Of a stretch of 64,000 bases of DNA, positions 36,550 through 49,768 are shown one piece after another. Each line of letters begins with the position of its first letter. Positions within the stretch are counted from its first letter, which is position 1. Source of the DNA: Octopus vulgaris (lineage: Eukaryota). The notes beneath the pieces were generated by a model that searched no databases, was not told where the DNA came from, and worked only from the letters and a program-made list of their open reading frames with translations. The DNA lies in assembly GCA_951406725.2 (NCBI GenBank), contig OX597819.1, forward strand, positions 135,036,001 to 135,100,000. Direction: 5' to 3'. The translations under genes were made by a program, and so were the position numbers.

Positions 36550-37105
36550 TTTTTGTCATCTGATGCCACAACTCCCAAAACCATTACCTGAGCAGGATGC
36601 TTTTTTCTGAAGACACCCTCAACTTAAAGTGGTAATTCAGCAATATACCACAACAGCATCCACAGTGAAGATTTTCTTGTCAAAATATTTTCACAGTGGA
36701 TCCAGAACTCTTGAGGAAGGACAACCCTTTTTTTTTTTCGTCCTTTCAAGCCTTTTGACTTTCATTGAACTGGTCAGGAGGGGTCTTGGAATTCACGCAA
36801 ACAATTGCAGGCCTAAATCACAGTAAATGGTATTTCTTACTGCCTTGGCATGAACTTTCCTATCAATTGTTAGTTTCCTCATGGATGTGATTGGGTCCTT
36901 CAGAATTTTTTATTTGAGAGCCTTCACGAATGCTGGATCTTGCTGTTTATTGGCTCCTCCTCCTCCTCCAGTGCCTTGCTTCTTCTGAATGCCTCTGATA
37001 TCCAAACGATTCTTGACATTGTAAACTGTGATTAATCACACATCAACCAACTCAGAAATTTGCTTGATGTTAATTCCTGTGTGGAGCAAATAGGCAGTGT
37101 GCAGC
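36550..37105 (-). mobile_element. Tc1/mariner superfamily (maT/DD37D-like) transposase relic
   Basis: KQISELV..TVYNVKNR..KDPITSMRKL..DLGL..LLTSSMKVKRLER..KIF-DKKIFTVD..KHPAQVMVLGVVASDDKK. Confidence 0.8.
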
Positions 37106-37132
37106 AGGCTGGATGAGAGATCTACATGCTAC

Positions 37133-37632
37133 ATTTGGTAGCATGTAGATGTAATGCTTGAAGAAACATTGAAGAATCAATACCAAGAAGGAAGAAATGT
37201 CATTTACATATATTTATTTGTTTGCCCAACTGGTAGTTAAAGAGACAGTAGCAGTTCTTGTGATAATGACAACAAGGTTGGCTCACTGGTTAGTAGTTGC
37301 TGTCAGTAGAGAGTGAAAGAGTTGTGGCATTGCTTTTCTTGCGGCCAAGGAAAATGCTGCTCTTGATCATAGCTGATGCACAAGAGCATGTTTCTCATTG
37401 GTCTGGCTGAGGAAGAGATAGGAACTGTTCTCTGTTCTAAAGACTATGGTCAGCAATGTAGGTCAAACCCTAAACAAAGGACTGACCTTTCCTTGACCAG
37501 CACAGTTCCTAGGTTATCAAGTGTTCCCTCATCAATCATCCAATGTGGAGAGGATTTCCGGTTCGTTTTGACAAGTAACAAGCAGATGGATTTGGTTTCA
37601 AAACTCAGACAGGGTCAAGCTAGATCCTTACA
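37133..37632 (-). mobile_element. Inverted diverged copy of the Gypsy LTR
   Basis: Reverse complement TGTAAGGATCTAGCTTGACCCTGTCTGAGTTTTGAAACCAAATCCATC... is colinear with 31882-32447 plus 33808-33890. Confidence 0.85.
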
Positions 37633-38245
37633 AATGTCTTGTCTTTTTACTACTTGATGTGACGTAGTTGAACTTATACCTGAATGAAATTGTTACTATG
37701 ACGCCTAATGCTGAAGATTAAAAAAAATTTGTTATAGTAGACCATTGCTACATGAAAAAATATGGTTTACAAAAACTTTGAAGTTTACTTCTTCCCCAAC
37801 CTGTATGCAAGTCTACAACCTCTGTACTCTTGTTGTTGTCAAGCAGAAAAGCTAAGTCCAGTACAGCTATTGTGTATGTTGTCATCAGAATCACAGTGCT
37901 GTAATGATACCATTAGGTTTCTTCACTTGTGCTCTAACCCCTCCACAAATCCACTACCCTTGACTGCAACTTTATTGAGTTCAAAGGAATGAAAAGAATA
38001 TAGAATTTGAGCTCCATGTGCAGAGAGTCAGAGTCTATACAACAAGGATGATACTCTGGTGACTTTGTCATCTGAACACAGCTAATACCATCACAATTGC
38101 TATGACCAAAACAACTTCAATCATCCCAAGGACGACAGCTGCTACTGAATCAATGCAACTAACACTATCAGCACACATTTTGCCTTAGCTGAAACTGTCC
38201 GTTGAACAGAACATAATTCCTATACTTATTACTTTCTTCTCATAG

Positions 38246-38373
38246 AAAACACAGATGCGCCATCAGCTGCAGCAGCAAGAACAACAAGCTGAGAGCCTTG
38301 CCAAAGAATTAAAGAGACGAAATGACGAAGTGTTCCGTGATGAGAAGTTGCGCCAGCAGATCAGACAAAACAG
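38246..38373 (+). CDS. MNS1: MNS1 coding exon 3
   Basis: ctttcttctcatAG acceptor, 128 nt, KTQMRHQLQQQEQQAESLAKELKRRNDEVFRDEKLRQQIRQN(S), GTAATG donor, phase 0/2; matches the vertebrate MNS1 motif LAMEL..DEKMRQQVRENS. Confidence 0.92.
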
Positions 38374-39344
38374 GTAATGTTTAGAATTGAGTCTTTGATT
38401 TCTGTGTGTTAGATATTTATTATTAGTAATAATGGAACATATATAAGTGACACTATATGTGACCAATAAGCTAACAACTTAACAAGGTTGTTGTAAGAGC
38501 ATTGGCTAGAACAACTCATAATATTCAGTTCAATATTGACTTTGTCTTTCATCCTTTCAAGGATTGATAAGAAAAAAAGTACCAGGGTAATTGATTGGCA
38601 AAACTTGTAAGGAGTCAGAAATGTTGGCTTGCAGTAGCTATCTTCTGCTTCTTTTTGTGGAGAACAGAGACTTGTATACATAGGTAAGTACCAGTCTTCC
38701 TCAAAAACAACCTTAACCTGTGCCTGTGTATATATGTACAGAGGAACAGTTCACCTGAACCAATGTTGGCTATTTATGTAACTGAAACTCTGCCAGCTCT
38801 TCCTGTTACCACTTACAACACTTGGCCTAAGAAACTCATGTCATTCTGCCTCTTACACCCATTTTCTCTCTGAAGGAATGAAGTAGGGTGTGTATGTGAG
38901 AGACAAAAAGAGGATTATTTTCTGTCAAATAAGAGTACTGTTGCCTACCTGCTATATCCTTGCCAAATAATTTCTTTGGTGATGTCACTTTGGGTTGGTT
39001 GGTCTTAATGGTCACAAAAAAGCTTCTACATAGTCACTTGAGCTCCTGGAAACTACAATCAATTCTCCCTCAGATTACACTCTAACATCTAAAGTAAAAG
39101 CTATATTAAACAGTATCGTTACTACTTTATTAAACAACAGGATATTTGTGACTGGAATGAATTTCATCGTATTTATGTTTGATCAGGGCTGATTAGGGGA
39201 TAAACTGCAAACTTTGCTTTGAGCCAGTGAGGAAAGGTCTCTGTACAGTTTGTTTGACTTGATGGAAATAGCAACTGAATTTTACTCAAATCACATCCTA
39301 TCTTAAATTAGGAGAGAACATACTAGACTTTGTAATCATCATCA

Positions 39345-39712
39345 TTTCCATGCTTGCATGACTCACATCAAATTTATTGAAACAGATTTTATATGGTTGG
39401 ATCCCCTGCTTGAAACCAGCCCTCACCTGTTTCCCAGTAAGTTAATATTTTCCCATGACTAGACATGTTTTCATTGAAAATTGGAAACAAACGATCCCAT
39501 GTTGTATGATTAGACTTATTTCTAACTGTCATGCTTTGTGAAGATGAGACACAACTCCCTACCCCCTGTGCATGTGATGAGTTTCGTTAAGTTTCTGTCT
39601 ACCAAATCCACTCAAAAGGATGTGATTGGTCTACCTAGAGCTAGAGTAGGAAATAACCCACTGAAAACATAAGGCTGGGAAGCAAAGTTCTTAGTTATAC
39701 AGCCATGCCTGT
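39345..39712 (-). mobile_element. Degenerate tRNA-derived SINE
   Basis: Shares GTCTACCAAATCCACTCA and the ACAGCCA.GCCTG head with the SINE at 26552-26948; (CAT)n at the left end. Confidence 0.55.
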
Positions 39713-39747
39713 GTCTAATCTTATGTATACAATATGACAAGATGATA

Positions 39748-40130
39748 TCTCTCTATATAAACGGCAGTTTGTCTGTCTGCGTTTCTGTGTGTCTGTCAGG
39801 TTGTATCCTCACCCTGACCACGGCTTTCAACCGATTCTGATGAAACTTGACACACACATAGCCTAATGTCATAATTCAAAACTAACGCAGCGAAAATTTT
39901 GAAAAGTTCCCCCAGTTCTGAAAAAAATCGATAAATTCGACATGGGGTCGAGAATCAGAAACACAAACCACAGACTGTCTAGGGGACACAACTCCACCTT
40001 TTTAACTCTCAAAAAAAAATTTACCATAATTTTTTTTCCATTTTTTTGCTATTTTTTGGCTATAACTCTCTAAAAATGCTTTATAGTTATTTCCCTTACA
40101 AACCCGAGCAATGCCGGGCGATACTGCTAG
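39748..40130 (+). mobile_element. Complete non-autonomous Helitron (383 bp)
   Basis: A|TCTCTCTATATAAA start, subterminal hairpin CCCGAGCAATGCCGGG, CTAG|T end; A-T insertion site with no TSD. Confidence 0.88.
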
Positions 40131-40246
40131 TATTGCATAAACTTGGAGAAAATATTCTAGAAAGTGCTGTTTCTCATAGACAACTCTCTATATAAATGTG
40201 AATTGTCTGTGTATTGAAAAATCTACAAAGTGAATACTCACAAAAC

Positions 40247-41452
40247 CATCATCATCATCGTTTAATGTCTGCTTTCCATGCTAGCATGGGTTGGACGATT
40301 TGACTGAGGACTGGCGAACCAGATGGCTGCACCAGGCTCCATTTTGATCTGGCAGAGTTTGTACAGTTGGATGCCCTTCCTAATGCCAACCACTCCGAGA
40401 GTGTAGTGGGTGCTTTTAAATGCCACCAGCACAAGGGCCAGTGAGGTGGTATGGCAACCGCCACACTCAAATGGTGTGTTTTATGTGCCACCTTCACAGG
40501 AGCTAGTCCAGCGGCACTGGCAATGACCTCGCTTGAATGTTTTTTCACATGTCACCGGCATGCAAGCCAGTCAGCTGTTCTGACAATGATCACGCTCGGA
40601 TGGTGCTTTTACCGCTCCACTGGCACGGGTGCCAGTCATCATATTTGATTTGATTTCGATTTCACTTGCCTCAACAGGTCTTCACAAGCAGAGTTTAGTG
40701 TCCAATGACGGTTATGGTCTCATTTGTCCAGCCAGGTCTTCTCATGCACTGCGTATTTCCAAGGGTCTCAGTTACTAGTCATTGCCTCGGTGAGGCCTAA
40801 TGTTCGAAGGTTGTGCTTCACCATCTCATCCCAGGTCTTCCTGGGTCCACCTCTTCCACAGGTTCCCTCAACCTCTAGGGTGTGACACTTTTTCACACAG
40901 CTATCCTCATCCATTCTCACCACATGACCATACCAGCGCAAACATCTCTGTTGCACACCACAACTGATGCTTCTTAGGTCCAACTTTTCTCTCCGGGTAC
41001 TTACACTCTGTCATGTGTGCACACTGACATTACACATCAATTGGAGCATACTGGTTTCATTTCTTGTGAGCTTACGCATATCCTCAGCAGTCACAGTCCA
41101 TGTTTCACTGCCATGTAGCATGGCTGTTCGTACACGTGTCATACAGTCTACCTTTTACTCTGAACGAGAGGCCCTTGGTCACCTAGGTAGCAGAAGCTAT
41201 CAACTACTTATAGTTTTTCTCCCTGGAATGTGGTGGAAGTTGTTCTCTGCACATTTTCAGTGTTTGTTGCTCCTGAGCATCTGCCACATACAAAAACTCT
41301 CTTCCCAGTTAGCCTTCCTTTGATATTACTGCACCACTTATGTATCCATAGCTTACACTGGGTACATCACCTACGCCTTTTCTACAGATCGAGCAGGGCC
41401 ATCTACCTAAAGGGATTTGTGGTTTGTCTGTCTTCCTACTTATTAGGACTTT
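40247..41452 (-). mobile_element. RTE LINE 3' portion with internal deletions
   Basis: WTHKWC..AMLHGSETW..LRWYGHVVRM..GGPRKTW; modular 3' UTR; (CAT)n tail. Confidence 0.92.
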
Positions 41453-41559
41453 GCCACCAGCTTCATTTTCTACATAAACAATGTCTAATATCCAAAATAT
41501 ATCAAATTCTGAAGATTGTTCTTAAAACAGTTATTGATACATATTTGGTGTAGTAAAAG

Positions 41560-41880
41560 TGTAAAACCCCCTCAAGTCATGAATGACCATGGGATTGCAT
41601 CTAGAAAGTCCCCCTCCAAGGCACAAGTTCAGGCAAGGTTGTTTATGGAAGACCAGTAGTCACACATGCATACCAACCTCCCCTCTCCACACCACTCGTG
41701 TTATCCAAGGGAAAGGCAAAGGCCGATACAAGTTGGCACCATTTCTACATATGAGTGCACTGGAGCCACATGAAATAAAGTATCTTGCTCAAGAGCACAA
41801 CACATAGCCTGGTCAAGAAATAGAACTCACTACGTCATGATTGTGAGCCTGATGCTCTAACCTCTGAGCCATGCACCTTT
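41560..41880 (-). mobile_element. tRNA-derived CORE-type SINE
   Basis: Minus-strand head GGTGCATGGCTCAGAGGTTAGAGCA..GAGTTCTATTTC (A and B boxes), then GTTGTGCTCTTGAGCAAGATACTTTA (CORE-like) and an RTE-like tail ACCATGGTCA-type end. Confidence 0.72.
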
Positions 41881-42360
41881 AGTGTAGCAAAGCAAAACTA
41901 AAGAACGAGTTTAAAGAAACAAATTCTGATTAGCTTTGCATGTAATTCATTCCCCCAAATCACTTCTCACTTCCTCTTCAAAAATGGGGTACATTTCCCC
42001 ACCTATTTTGTGATTTAAGCGGGATTTTTGAAAAACAAGGGGGAATTCGTGGTGGTGTTCAGTGAACAAATTAAACATACGCCTTGGCAGTGGCTAAAAT
42101 GTGAACCAATCAAGTTTATGTATAAATTTTCTTTTTATATGTTTGTTTCCTTTGACACAATATTAAAACAATGGCTGAAACTTTTCTGAAGCACCCCCCC
42201 CCCCCCGCTAATTCTATCTATGAACCACCACTGACACTGAGTGATGTGGTTTCTGTTTATTAATAAGTATTCTATAAGCTGTATACAATAATTTCATAAT
42301 TATCATTATTATTATTTATATAATTCCGGCAATTATTGTACAAATCCATCACACAAGCAT

Positions 42361-42400
<40 letters not shown>

Positions 42401-42402
<2 letters not shown>

Positions 42403-42985
42403 TTATTTGACGCCATATCACGACGCAAAATGTCCAGCCGCTAAGCTAGGAAATTCTCTAGCTTTTTAATCATTCATTTCTCTTCATTTACTTAACTTGT
42501 ATTATTACCATGCTAAACGATCCTTAAAGTAACAACACAAAGCTAGTTTGTACTTACATTTCTTCTTTGCAATTTCTAAACTCAGAAACTTCTCTAGGCT
42601 ATTTTTTTTATTTTAAAATTCTCCATCTTACTTGTTCTATTAACATGCCCATCTTTTGATTTTCTTGTGACGAAGCTAGCCATTTTCTTTTCTTCCATTT
42701 CTCTATTGTCCTTTGCTGCCATTTCTATTCCCTCGACCACTTCTGTTTATAAGACTATAAAATACATGGTATTTGTCTCCAACCTTCTTTCCTGCTATTT
42801 GACACCATCATATCACAAGGCAAAATGTCCAGCTGCATTTGCTAAGAAATTTTCTCTCACTTTTTAATCAGTTATCATTTCTCTTCATTTATTTAACTTG
42901 TATTATTACCATGCTAGACGATCCTTAAAGTAATGTTGTAACCCTAACACGAAGCTAGTTTGTACTTACATTTCTTGTTTGCAAT
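42401..42985. repeat. Diverged direct repeat, about 170-190 bp (42401-42572 and 42793-42985), preceded by (CA)n
   Basis: Shared GCAAAATGTCCAGC..CATTTCTCTTCATTTA.TTAACTTGTATTATTACCATGCTA.ACGATCCTTAAAGTAA..AAGCTAGTTTGTACTTACATTTCTT.TTTGCAAT. Confidence 0.85.
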
Positions 42986-43215
42986 GCACCTACCCTTAGC
43001 CACCCCCACCACCAAAAGCAGAAATCCCTTCTCTCATACTGGAAGTCCCCTCTCTTGCATGCCAGTAATCTCTTCTCTTCACCGTGAAATCTCTTCCCTC
43101 ATACTGAAAACCTCCACAGGGCTCTGCACCAGTAGACCTAAATACCTCCATCCTTCCCTCTTTTCCAAACCATATTCCTTTCTCCCTCTCTCTCTCTCTC
43201 TTATGAATATATATA

Positions 43216-43670
43216 TCATCATCATCATCATTTAATGTCCGTTTTCCGTGCTAGCATGGGTTGGACGGTTCGACTGGGGTCTGGGAAGCCAGGAGGCTGC
43301 ACTAAGCTCCAGTCTGATCTGGTAGTGTTTCTACAGCTGGATGCTCTTCCTAACGCCAACCACTCCATGAGTGTAGTGGGTGCTTTTTACATGCCACCTG
43401 CACAGGTGCCAGGGGAGCCTGGCAGTGGCCACGATTGGTTGGTGCTTTTTACGTGCCACCGGCACGGAAGCCAGTCAAGGCGGCACTGTCATCGGCCACG
43501 TTCAGATGGTGGTTTTTACGTGCCACCTGCACAGGTAACACAAGTACAATTTCCAGTTGATATTTATTTTGATGTTGATGTACTTGACTCAACAGGTCTC
43601 CTCAAGCACAGCAGGTCACCCTACGATCCAAGGTAAGCACAGCAGGCCGTTCTGCAATCCAAGGTACTTT

Positions 43671-43672
<2 letters not shown>
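43216..43672 (-). mobile_element. RTE 3' UTR fragment within (TA)n
   Basis: (CAT)n tail, AGCTGGATGCTCTTCCTAACGCCAACC core, GTGCCACCGGCAC modules; (TA)n on both sides. Confidence 0.88.
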
Positions 43673-43735
<63 letters not shown>

Positions 43736-43849
43736 CATAGTAGCACATTTACTTACTTAATTTAACATTGACATATTTATATCTATATTTGCAGCTGACA
43801 TGTGATATTCCTTTTGGCAAACGTCTGTGCAAGGCTTCTTTTCAGATGC

Positions 43850-45665
43850 TGAATACTGTTCCCTGTCCCCCCTGTTCCCTCTTTCCACCCCTTCCTCACC
43901 TTTAGAGTTGGGACATTGAAACGTAGGTCTGGTGAGATTGTTGAAATGCTGGAATGGAGGCGTATAAATATGTGTTGCATTCCAGAAGTAAGGTGAAGGT
44001 GAACTTCTGCTAGATTCCTCACAGGCAAAGAACATAGGTATTAAATCTTCAGGGTTGGTAATAATAATGGGCTTGGTGGTGTGGGCATACTTCTCACTGA
44101 GAAATGAGTAGATAAGGTGATCAAGGTAGTCAGAGTATGTGATTGGATACTTATGTTTAGACTAGTTTGCAAAGTAGCACAGCAACTATTATTTCTGCCG
44201 ATGCTCCTCAACCAGGATTTGCCAAACAAACACTCTTTTGCAATCTCTTGTTTGGCTGGTGACTTCAGTGGGTATGTTGGGCAGCATCTGGGGGACTCTC
44301 ATGGTGTGCATGGAGATTATGGAGTTAGTTCATGCAATAAGGAGGGAACTAGGCTACTGGAGTTCCGTGATACAAATGACCTAACGGTCTGCAGCACTAA
44401 CTCCATGAAATCAGCCAATAACCTGTTCACCTATCAATCTAGTGGGAATGCAAGTTAGAACTTCATTCTCACTAGAAAGTAGGAAAGATGGTTGCTTATG
44501 AATGCAAAGACTTACCTAGGTGAAGAGTACATTCTTCAACCTAGGTTAGTTGTCAGTGACTTCAGACTTGGAGCTACAAGGATGACAAGCAGCAAATCAG
44601 TCTGGAAGTTCAAGGCACCTTCAATAATCAGAGATTTAGGGATGCTCTAACTGAAGCATTTATCAAGAAGGATGAATAGATAGTGACATACAACATAGAA
44701 AGACAACTAGAAGATCCTATGGGACAACTTAATAAAGGTCACTTATCAAATTTGTGGCTAGTACAATGTCCCCACCAGACCTAAGGTGATATGTTGGTAA
44801 AAGGATGAACCTGACTGGGTCATTGGAGCAAAGAAACAGGCTTGGAAGAGTGGTGGTAGCAGAAAAATTTGTCAGGTAGCTAGAAGGGAAGCCATGAGAC
44901 AGGTACATTTACCCAAGCAAAAAGTAGATTGGAAGATGGTTGCCAGTGTTTTAAGGCATGAGGATTTCAGATTGCATGACAATGTGTCAGAGAAAATTGT
45001 GATTTTGTAGAAGAGAAGTGCACTTGCAGGGATGATGGTTGACTTGCAGTTAGTGTCTCTGCAAAGAAAGGCTGCTAAATGTAGAGAATACAGTGGAGGA
45101 GGAGAGTTTGCCTCATGTGGACCCAACAGAGGAACCAGGGGTCCGAATTGACAGTTGCTTGATAGATAAAGCAATTAAGGATATGAAGACAGAGGAAGAC
45201 CCTTACCCATCAGGAATCACCATTGAGGTACTTAAAATATCTGGCAGAGTGAGATATAGCCTAGTCACCCATATAGTTAATCAGGTTGTCCACGAGGCAG
45301 TCATACCCAGCGACGGGTGTAGTAGCATTATAGTCAACTGCTACAAAGGGAAAGATAAGGCTTCAGACACAAATAGTTACAGAAGTGTCAAATTGCAGAA
45401 TGAGGTCAGAGTTACAGAGAGGGTCATTGGTCAACAAATAGAGAGTTAGCCTAGAAGTGATGCAATTTGGTTTTGTGCTAAGGAGAAGCACTACTGATGC
45501 TGTCTCCTTAGTAAGGTGACTACAAGAGAAGCATTTAGCAGAAAATAAACCTCTGTACTTGGCTTTTGTTAACATAGAAAAAGCTTTTGACAGGGTCCCC
45601 TACTCTTTTATCTGGTGGTCAATGTGGAAGCTAGTTAGTGACGAGTGGTTGGTGCTATGGTACAA
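43850..45665 (+). mobile_element. Old RTE LINE ORF 5' half (APE to start of RT); upstream part probably 42985-43190
   Basis: FRVGTL..EIVEMLE.RRINMCCI.EVR, GGVGILL, AGDFSGYVG, EGTRLLEF, PSGITIEVLK, QFGFV..STTDAV, IEKAFDRVP. Confidence 0.88.
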
Positions 45666-46289
45666 AACACTTACTCTATGTGTTGCACTATGAGACTGAA
45701 CCTCAGACTAAATGATGGGAAGTACACTTCTTACTCTCACAGCCTCCTCTATTTCTTCATTCATAGAAACAGATATCTTGTTCAAATAACTCTGCTCATC
45801 ACTCTCCAAGTTCGCATGTGTTATGCTCTGTTGAGCAGTTATCACTAAAAAATGCTATTATTATTAGTAAAGCAGCAAACCGGCAGAATCATTAGCTGAA
45901 CAAAGTGCTTTGTGGGCATTTCTTCCACCTTTGTGTTCTAAGTTAAAATTTCATGAAGAGTTTGCCTTTTGTCCTTTTGGGGATGATAATAAAATGCACC
46001 ACCTGAGCATTGGCAGGTAATGTAATCAACTAGCCCTCTCCCTGAAAATTTCTAGCCTTGTTCCTGTGGGAGAAAGGATTATTATTACTGAGAGAAATGC
46101 TGCCCATTGGGCAGTTTTCAGCTTGTTACTACTTATTATATTAGCAGAAAAATAAATTCTAAAGCTTGTATATGTGTCTGCTTATGCATAAGAGTGTGTG
46201 TGTTTGTGTGCATAAAAGCCTGTATACATATCTAGTGAAATTATTAAATATGTTATCGGTGAATCAGATATTCATTACTTCCATTACAG

Positions 46290-46392
46290 CTTAGAAATTC
46301 GAGAGCTTGAAGAGAAATTAAAGCTGGGCTATTTAAATAAAGTGCGTGCTGCTCAAATAGCAGAGAAGCTGGCTAATAAATCTGACTCTCAG
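46290..46392 (+). CDS. MNS1: MNS1 coding exon 4
   Basis: ttccattacAG acceptor, 103 nt, (S)LEIRELEEKLKLGYLNKVRAAQIAEKLANKSDSQ, GTTAGT donor, phase 2/0; matches the MNS1 motif ELRELEKKLKAAYMNKERAAQIAEK. Confidence 0.95.
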
Positions 46393-46787
46393 GTTAGTGT
46401 AATTTCCTTCTACATTTTCATAAGATTTTCAATCACAAGTTCATTAACTCTGCTGCTATTATTGAAGTATAGCTCTAGTGGTTTCTGACTAAAAAGACCT
46501 ATAGTTAGTTGAATGACGAAGTTGAGTCTGCAGAGCTAACAATGCTCTAAATTTAGTGTGGCTTTTGTAGTAGCTGCAGCAACAATAATTTCCACTTCTG
46601 TATGGGCTCTGCAGATCAACAAAATATTTGCCACAGTTGGTAATTGAATCCAAAGGAAGGATTAGTAAAAAGCACTTGGTCCACTCAGTAGAGTGGTTGG
46701 TGTTAGGAAGGGCATCTTCTCCAATTTTCATTTAATTCTGACTTAAAATATCTCTCAGCAAGAAGTTATGGATTTCATTATTTTGTT

Positions 46788-48550
46788 ATCATCACTAGTG
46801 TCTGCTTTTCATGCTGGCATGGGTTAGACAGTTTGACTGGAACTGGTAAGCCAGAGAGATGTACCAGGCTCCAGTCTGTTTTGGCTTGGTTTCTATAGCT
46901 GGATGCTCTTCCTAACACCAACTACTCCATAGATTGTACCAGGTGTCTGTTATGTGTCACTGGCTACAACTATGATTTCACTTAGCTTGACATATCTTCC
47001 CAAGCACAGCAAATTTCCAAAAGTCTCAATCATTTGTCATCACCTCCATAAGATTCAACATCTGAAGATCACATTTCACCACATCTTTCCTGGGTCTGCC
47101 TCTTCCACAGGTTTTTTCCACAGTTAGAGATGGCTGTTCACATAGGCATCATACAATCTACCTTTCACTCTAAGGGAGATTCCCTTTGTTACCAACAAAT
47201 ATAGCAGCTCTCTAAAGTTTGCCTAGCCTGTTCTTATTCTAGCAGCTATGCTCTGAGAGTATCTTCCTCCACTACTGACTTAGTCACCTAGCTAACGGAA
47301 GCTATCTACTTCTAAATGTACCCCTGGGCATTTGACAAAGCCTATTCTCTGTACATTGCTAGTGTTTAATCTGCCTACCTCTCTGCCACACAAAAAACTA
47401 CTTTCTCTGTTAACCTTCCTGTGATATTGCTGCACCTCTTATGTATCCATAGCTTGCACTGTGTACATCCTATGGAGTTTCTACCTACATTTCAACAATT
47501 AAGGTGATGCAAACAGGAAAAATAGAATTCAAAATATGAGTATATGTAAATGCCAACACATGAAACTCTTGGATCTTGAGTCACTCTATTCTGCTAAATA
47601 ATGATAAAAATATACCCACATTTCTACATATTGAGCAGGGTCATCTCCCTGAGGGAATTTGTGATTTATCTACTTTCCAACTTACTATGACTTTGGTCTT
47701 TTCTAAATTAACTCTAAGGCCCTTTGATTCTAGACCTTGCTTCCGCATCTGGAATTTCTTCTCAAGTTCTGCTAGTGATCCAGCAATATGAATATGGTCA
47801 TCAGCATAGAGGAGCTTCCATGGATAGCCCATCTGAAATGCCTCTGTTATGGCCTGGAGGACTATAATAAACAAGAGGGAGCTGAGAACTGATCCCTGGT
47901 GAATTCCTTCTTGTACACTGACTTCATTTCTATACTTGTTACTAACTTTCGCCTTACTGACTGCATCCTTGTACAAGGCTTCTACAGCTCTCACCAACCA
48001 CTGATCTATTCCTAGTTTCCACATTCACTGTCAGATAAGGGAGTGGGGGACTCTGTCAAAGGCTTTTTCCATGTCAACAAAAGCCAAGTACAGAGGTACG
48101 ATTTCATGTCACCCTAGGTCTGGTGGGAACTTTGCACCAACCACAAATTCTCAGTAGCTCTCAGTAAGTTTTGCCATAAGAACTTACAGTTATCCTCTGT
48201 GATATGCCTGTAACTCCTCCCCCTTCTTGTTAAATGCTTCTGTTAGGACATCTCTAAATCTCTGACTATTTAGGGGATCCTTAAGTTTCCAGATCTTTCT
48301 TTTCCAGACTGGTCTGCTTCTTGAAATCTTTTTAGCCTGTAGTCTGAAGTTGCTAATCACTAAACTATGCTGAGGGGTACATTTTCCTCCAGGGATGGTC
48401 TTTGCATTTTCCAACAATTATGTTTCTCGCTTTCTGGTAAGAATGTCATCAATCTGGCTAGCTTGGCCACCAGACTTAGGTCATCAAGTGACTGGCAGGT
48501 TTCCTGGAGTTGAGGTTATAGATCATTAGGTCATTTGCATCACAGAACTT
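46788..48550 (-). mobile_element. Old RTE LINE with internal deletions
   Basis: PQHSLVISNF, AFVDMEKAFDRVP, IHQGSVLSSLLF, LLYADD, VNLEKTKV, 3' UTR core. Confidence 0.88.
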
Positions 48551-49229
48551 CAAGTGCCAACTCTAAGGATGTGAAGCTGGAAGAGGGAGGGAGAAGGAGG
48601 ATGGCATTCAGCATCTGAAAGGAAGGTTTCAACAAGTGTTTGTCAAGACATGTCATAACTGTTATTCTCTCATTCTCTCATAAATCATCATTTATATTAC
48701 ACTAGCTGCATCTGGATGAAGTGAGTGCCGTGCAAGCATATTTAGTACAAAGATAGGTAAATAAAGCTTCTAAAAGTAGTCACATTGTTAATATAAAAGT
48801 AGATAAATAAAAATAATTAAGTAGTTGATAGGTACTCTTCAATCACATTTTGATGCAAAGAATACAAACTGCAGTAATGTGGATGAAGACTAGTGAAGAA
48901 GGAGGCAGAATTTTCAAGTGAGGTCAAGAGAGGTTCCAGTACAGAAGAGAGAGAGGTTCCCTTTATTACTTGTGGAATCAGGAGGGGGAATAGAGTGACA
49001 TCATCCATAAGGAAACATCTGAACTACTACTACTACTGGGTATGCTAAATGAGAAAACAGGGTGTGAGAAACAAGACAGGTTAGTATTAACAAGGTAGAA
49101 ACGTATATAGATGAATGATGTACAATTAAAGGTAAAGAAGACACGTTAGCTGGTCATTTCATCACATGGGAAAAGGTAGCAGGTAGAGTGATTTTGGGGA
49201 ACACAAAGGCAATGCCGAAAGACCGAGAC

Positions 49230-49768
49230 CGCTGGAGATGTGCTGTGACTGCGAAGACCTGACAAATAAAGTAAGTTCATGGCTGTATACTACACCAGCT
49301 TCACACAACCAGCCCCAGCCCATTCAATGTACCTTGGATCGCAGGACGGCCTGCTGTGCCTACCTTGGATCATGGGGCGACCTGCTGTGCTTGAGGAGAC
49401 CTATTGAGTCAAGTACATCAACATCAAAATAAAAATCAAATGGAAATTGTAGTTGCGATGCCCATGCCAGTAGCATGTAAAAAGCACCATCCGAACGTGG
49501 CCGATGCCAGCACCTCCTTGACTGGCTTCCGTGCCGGTGACACGTAAAAAGCACCAACCGATCGTGGCCGCTTCCAGCCTCCTCTGGCCCCTGTACCAAA
49601 AGCACCCACTACACTCACGGAGTGGTTGGTTTTAGGAAGGGCCCCAAGCTTTAGAAACATTGCCAGATCAGACTGGAGCCTGGTGCAGCCTCCTGGCTTT
49701 CCAGACCCTGGTCGAACTGTCCAACCCATGCTAGCATGGAAAACGGATGTTAAATGATGATGATGATG
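49230..49768 (+). mobile_element. RTE LINE 3' end
   Basis: DRDRWRCAVTAKT, GTGCCGGTG modules, AGGAAGGGC core, (GAT)n tail. Confidence 0.88.
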
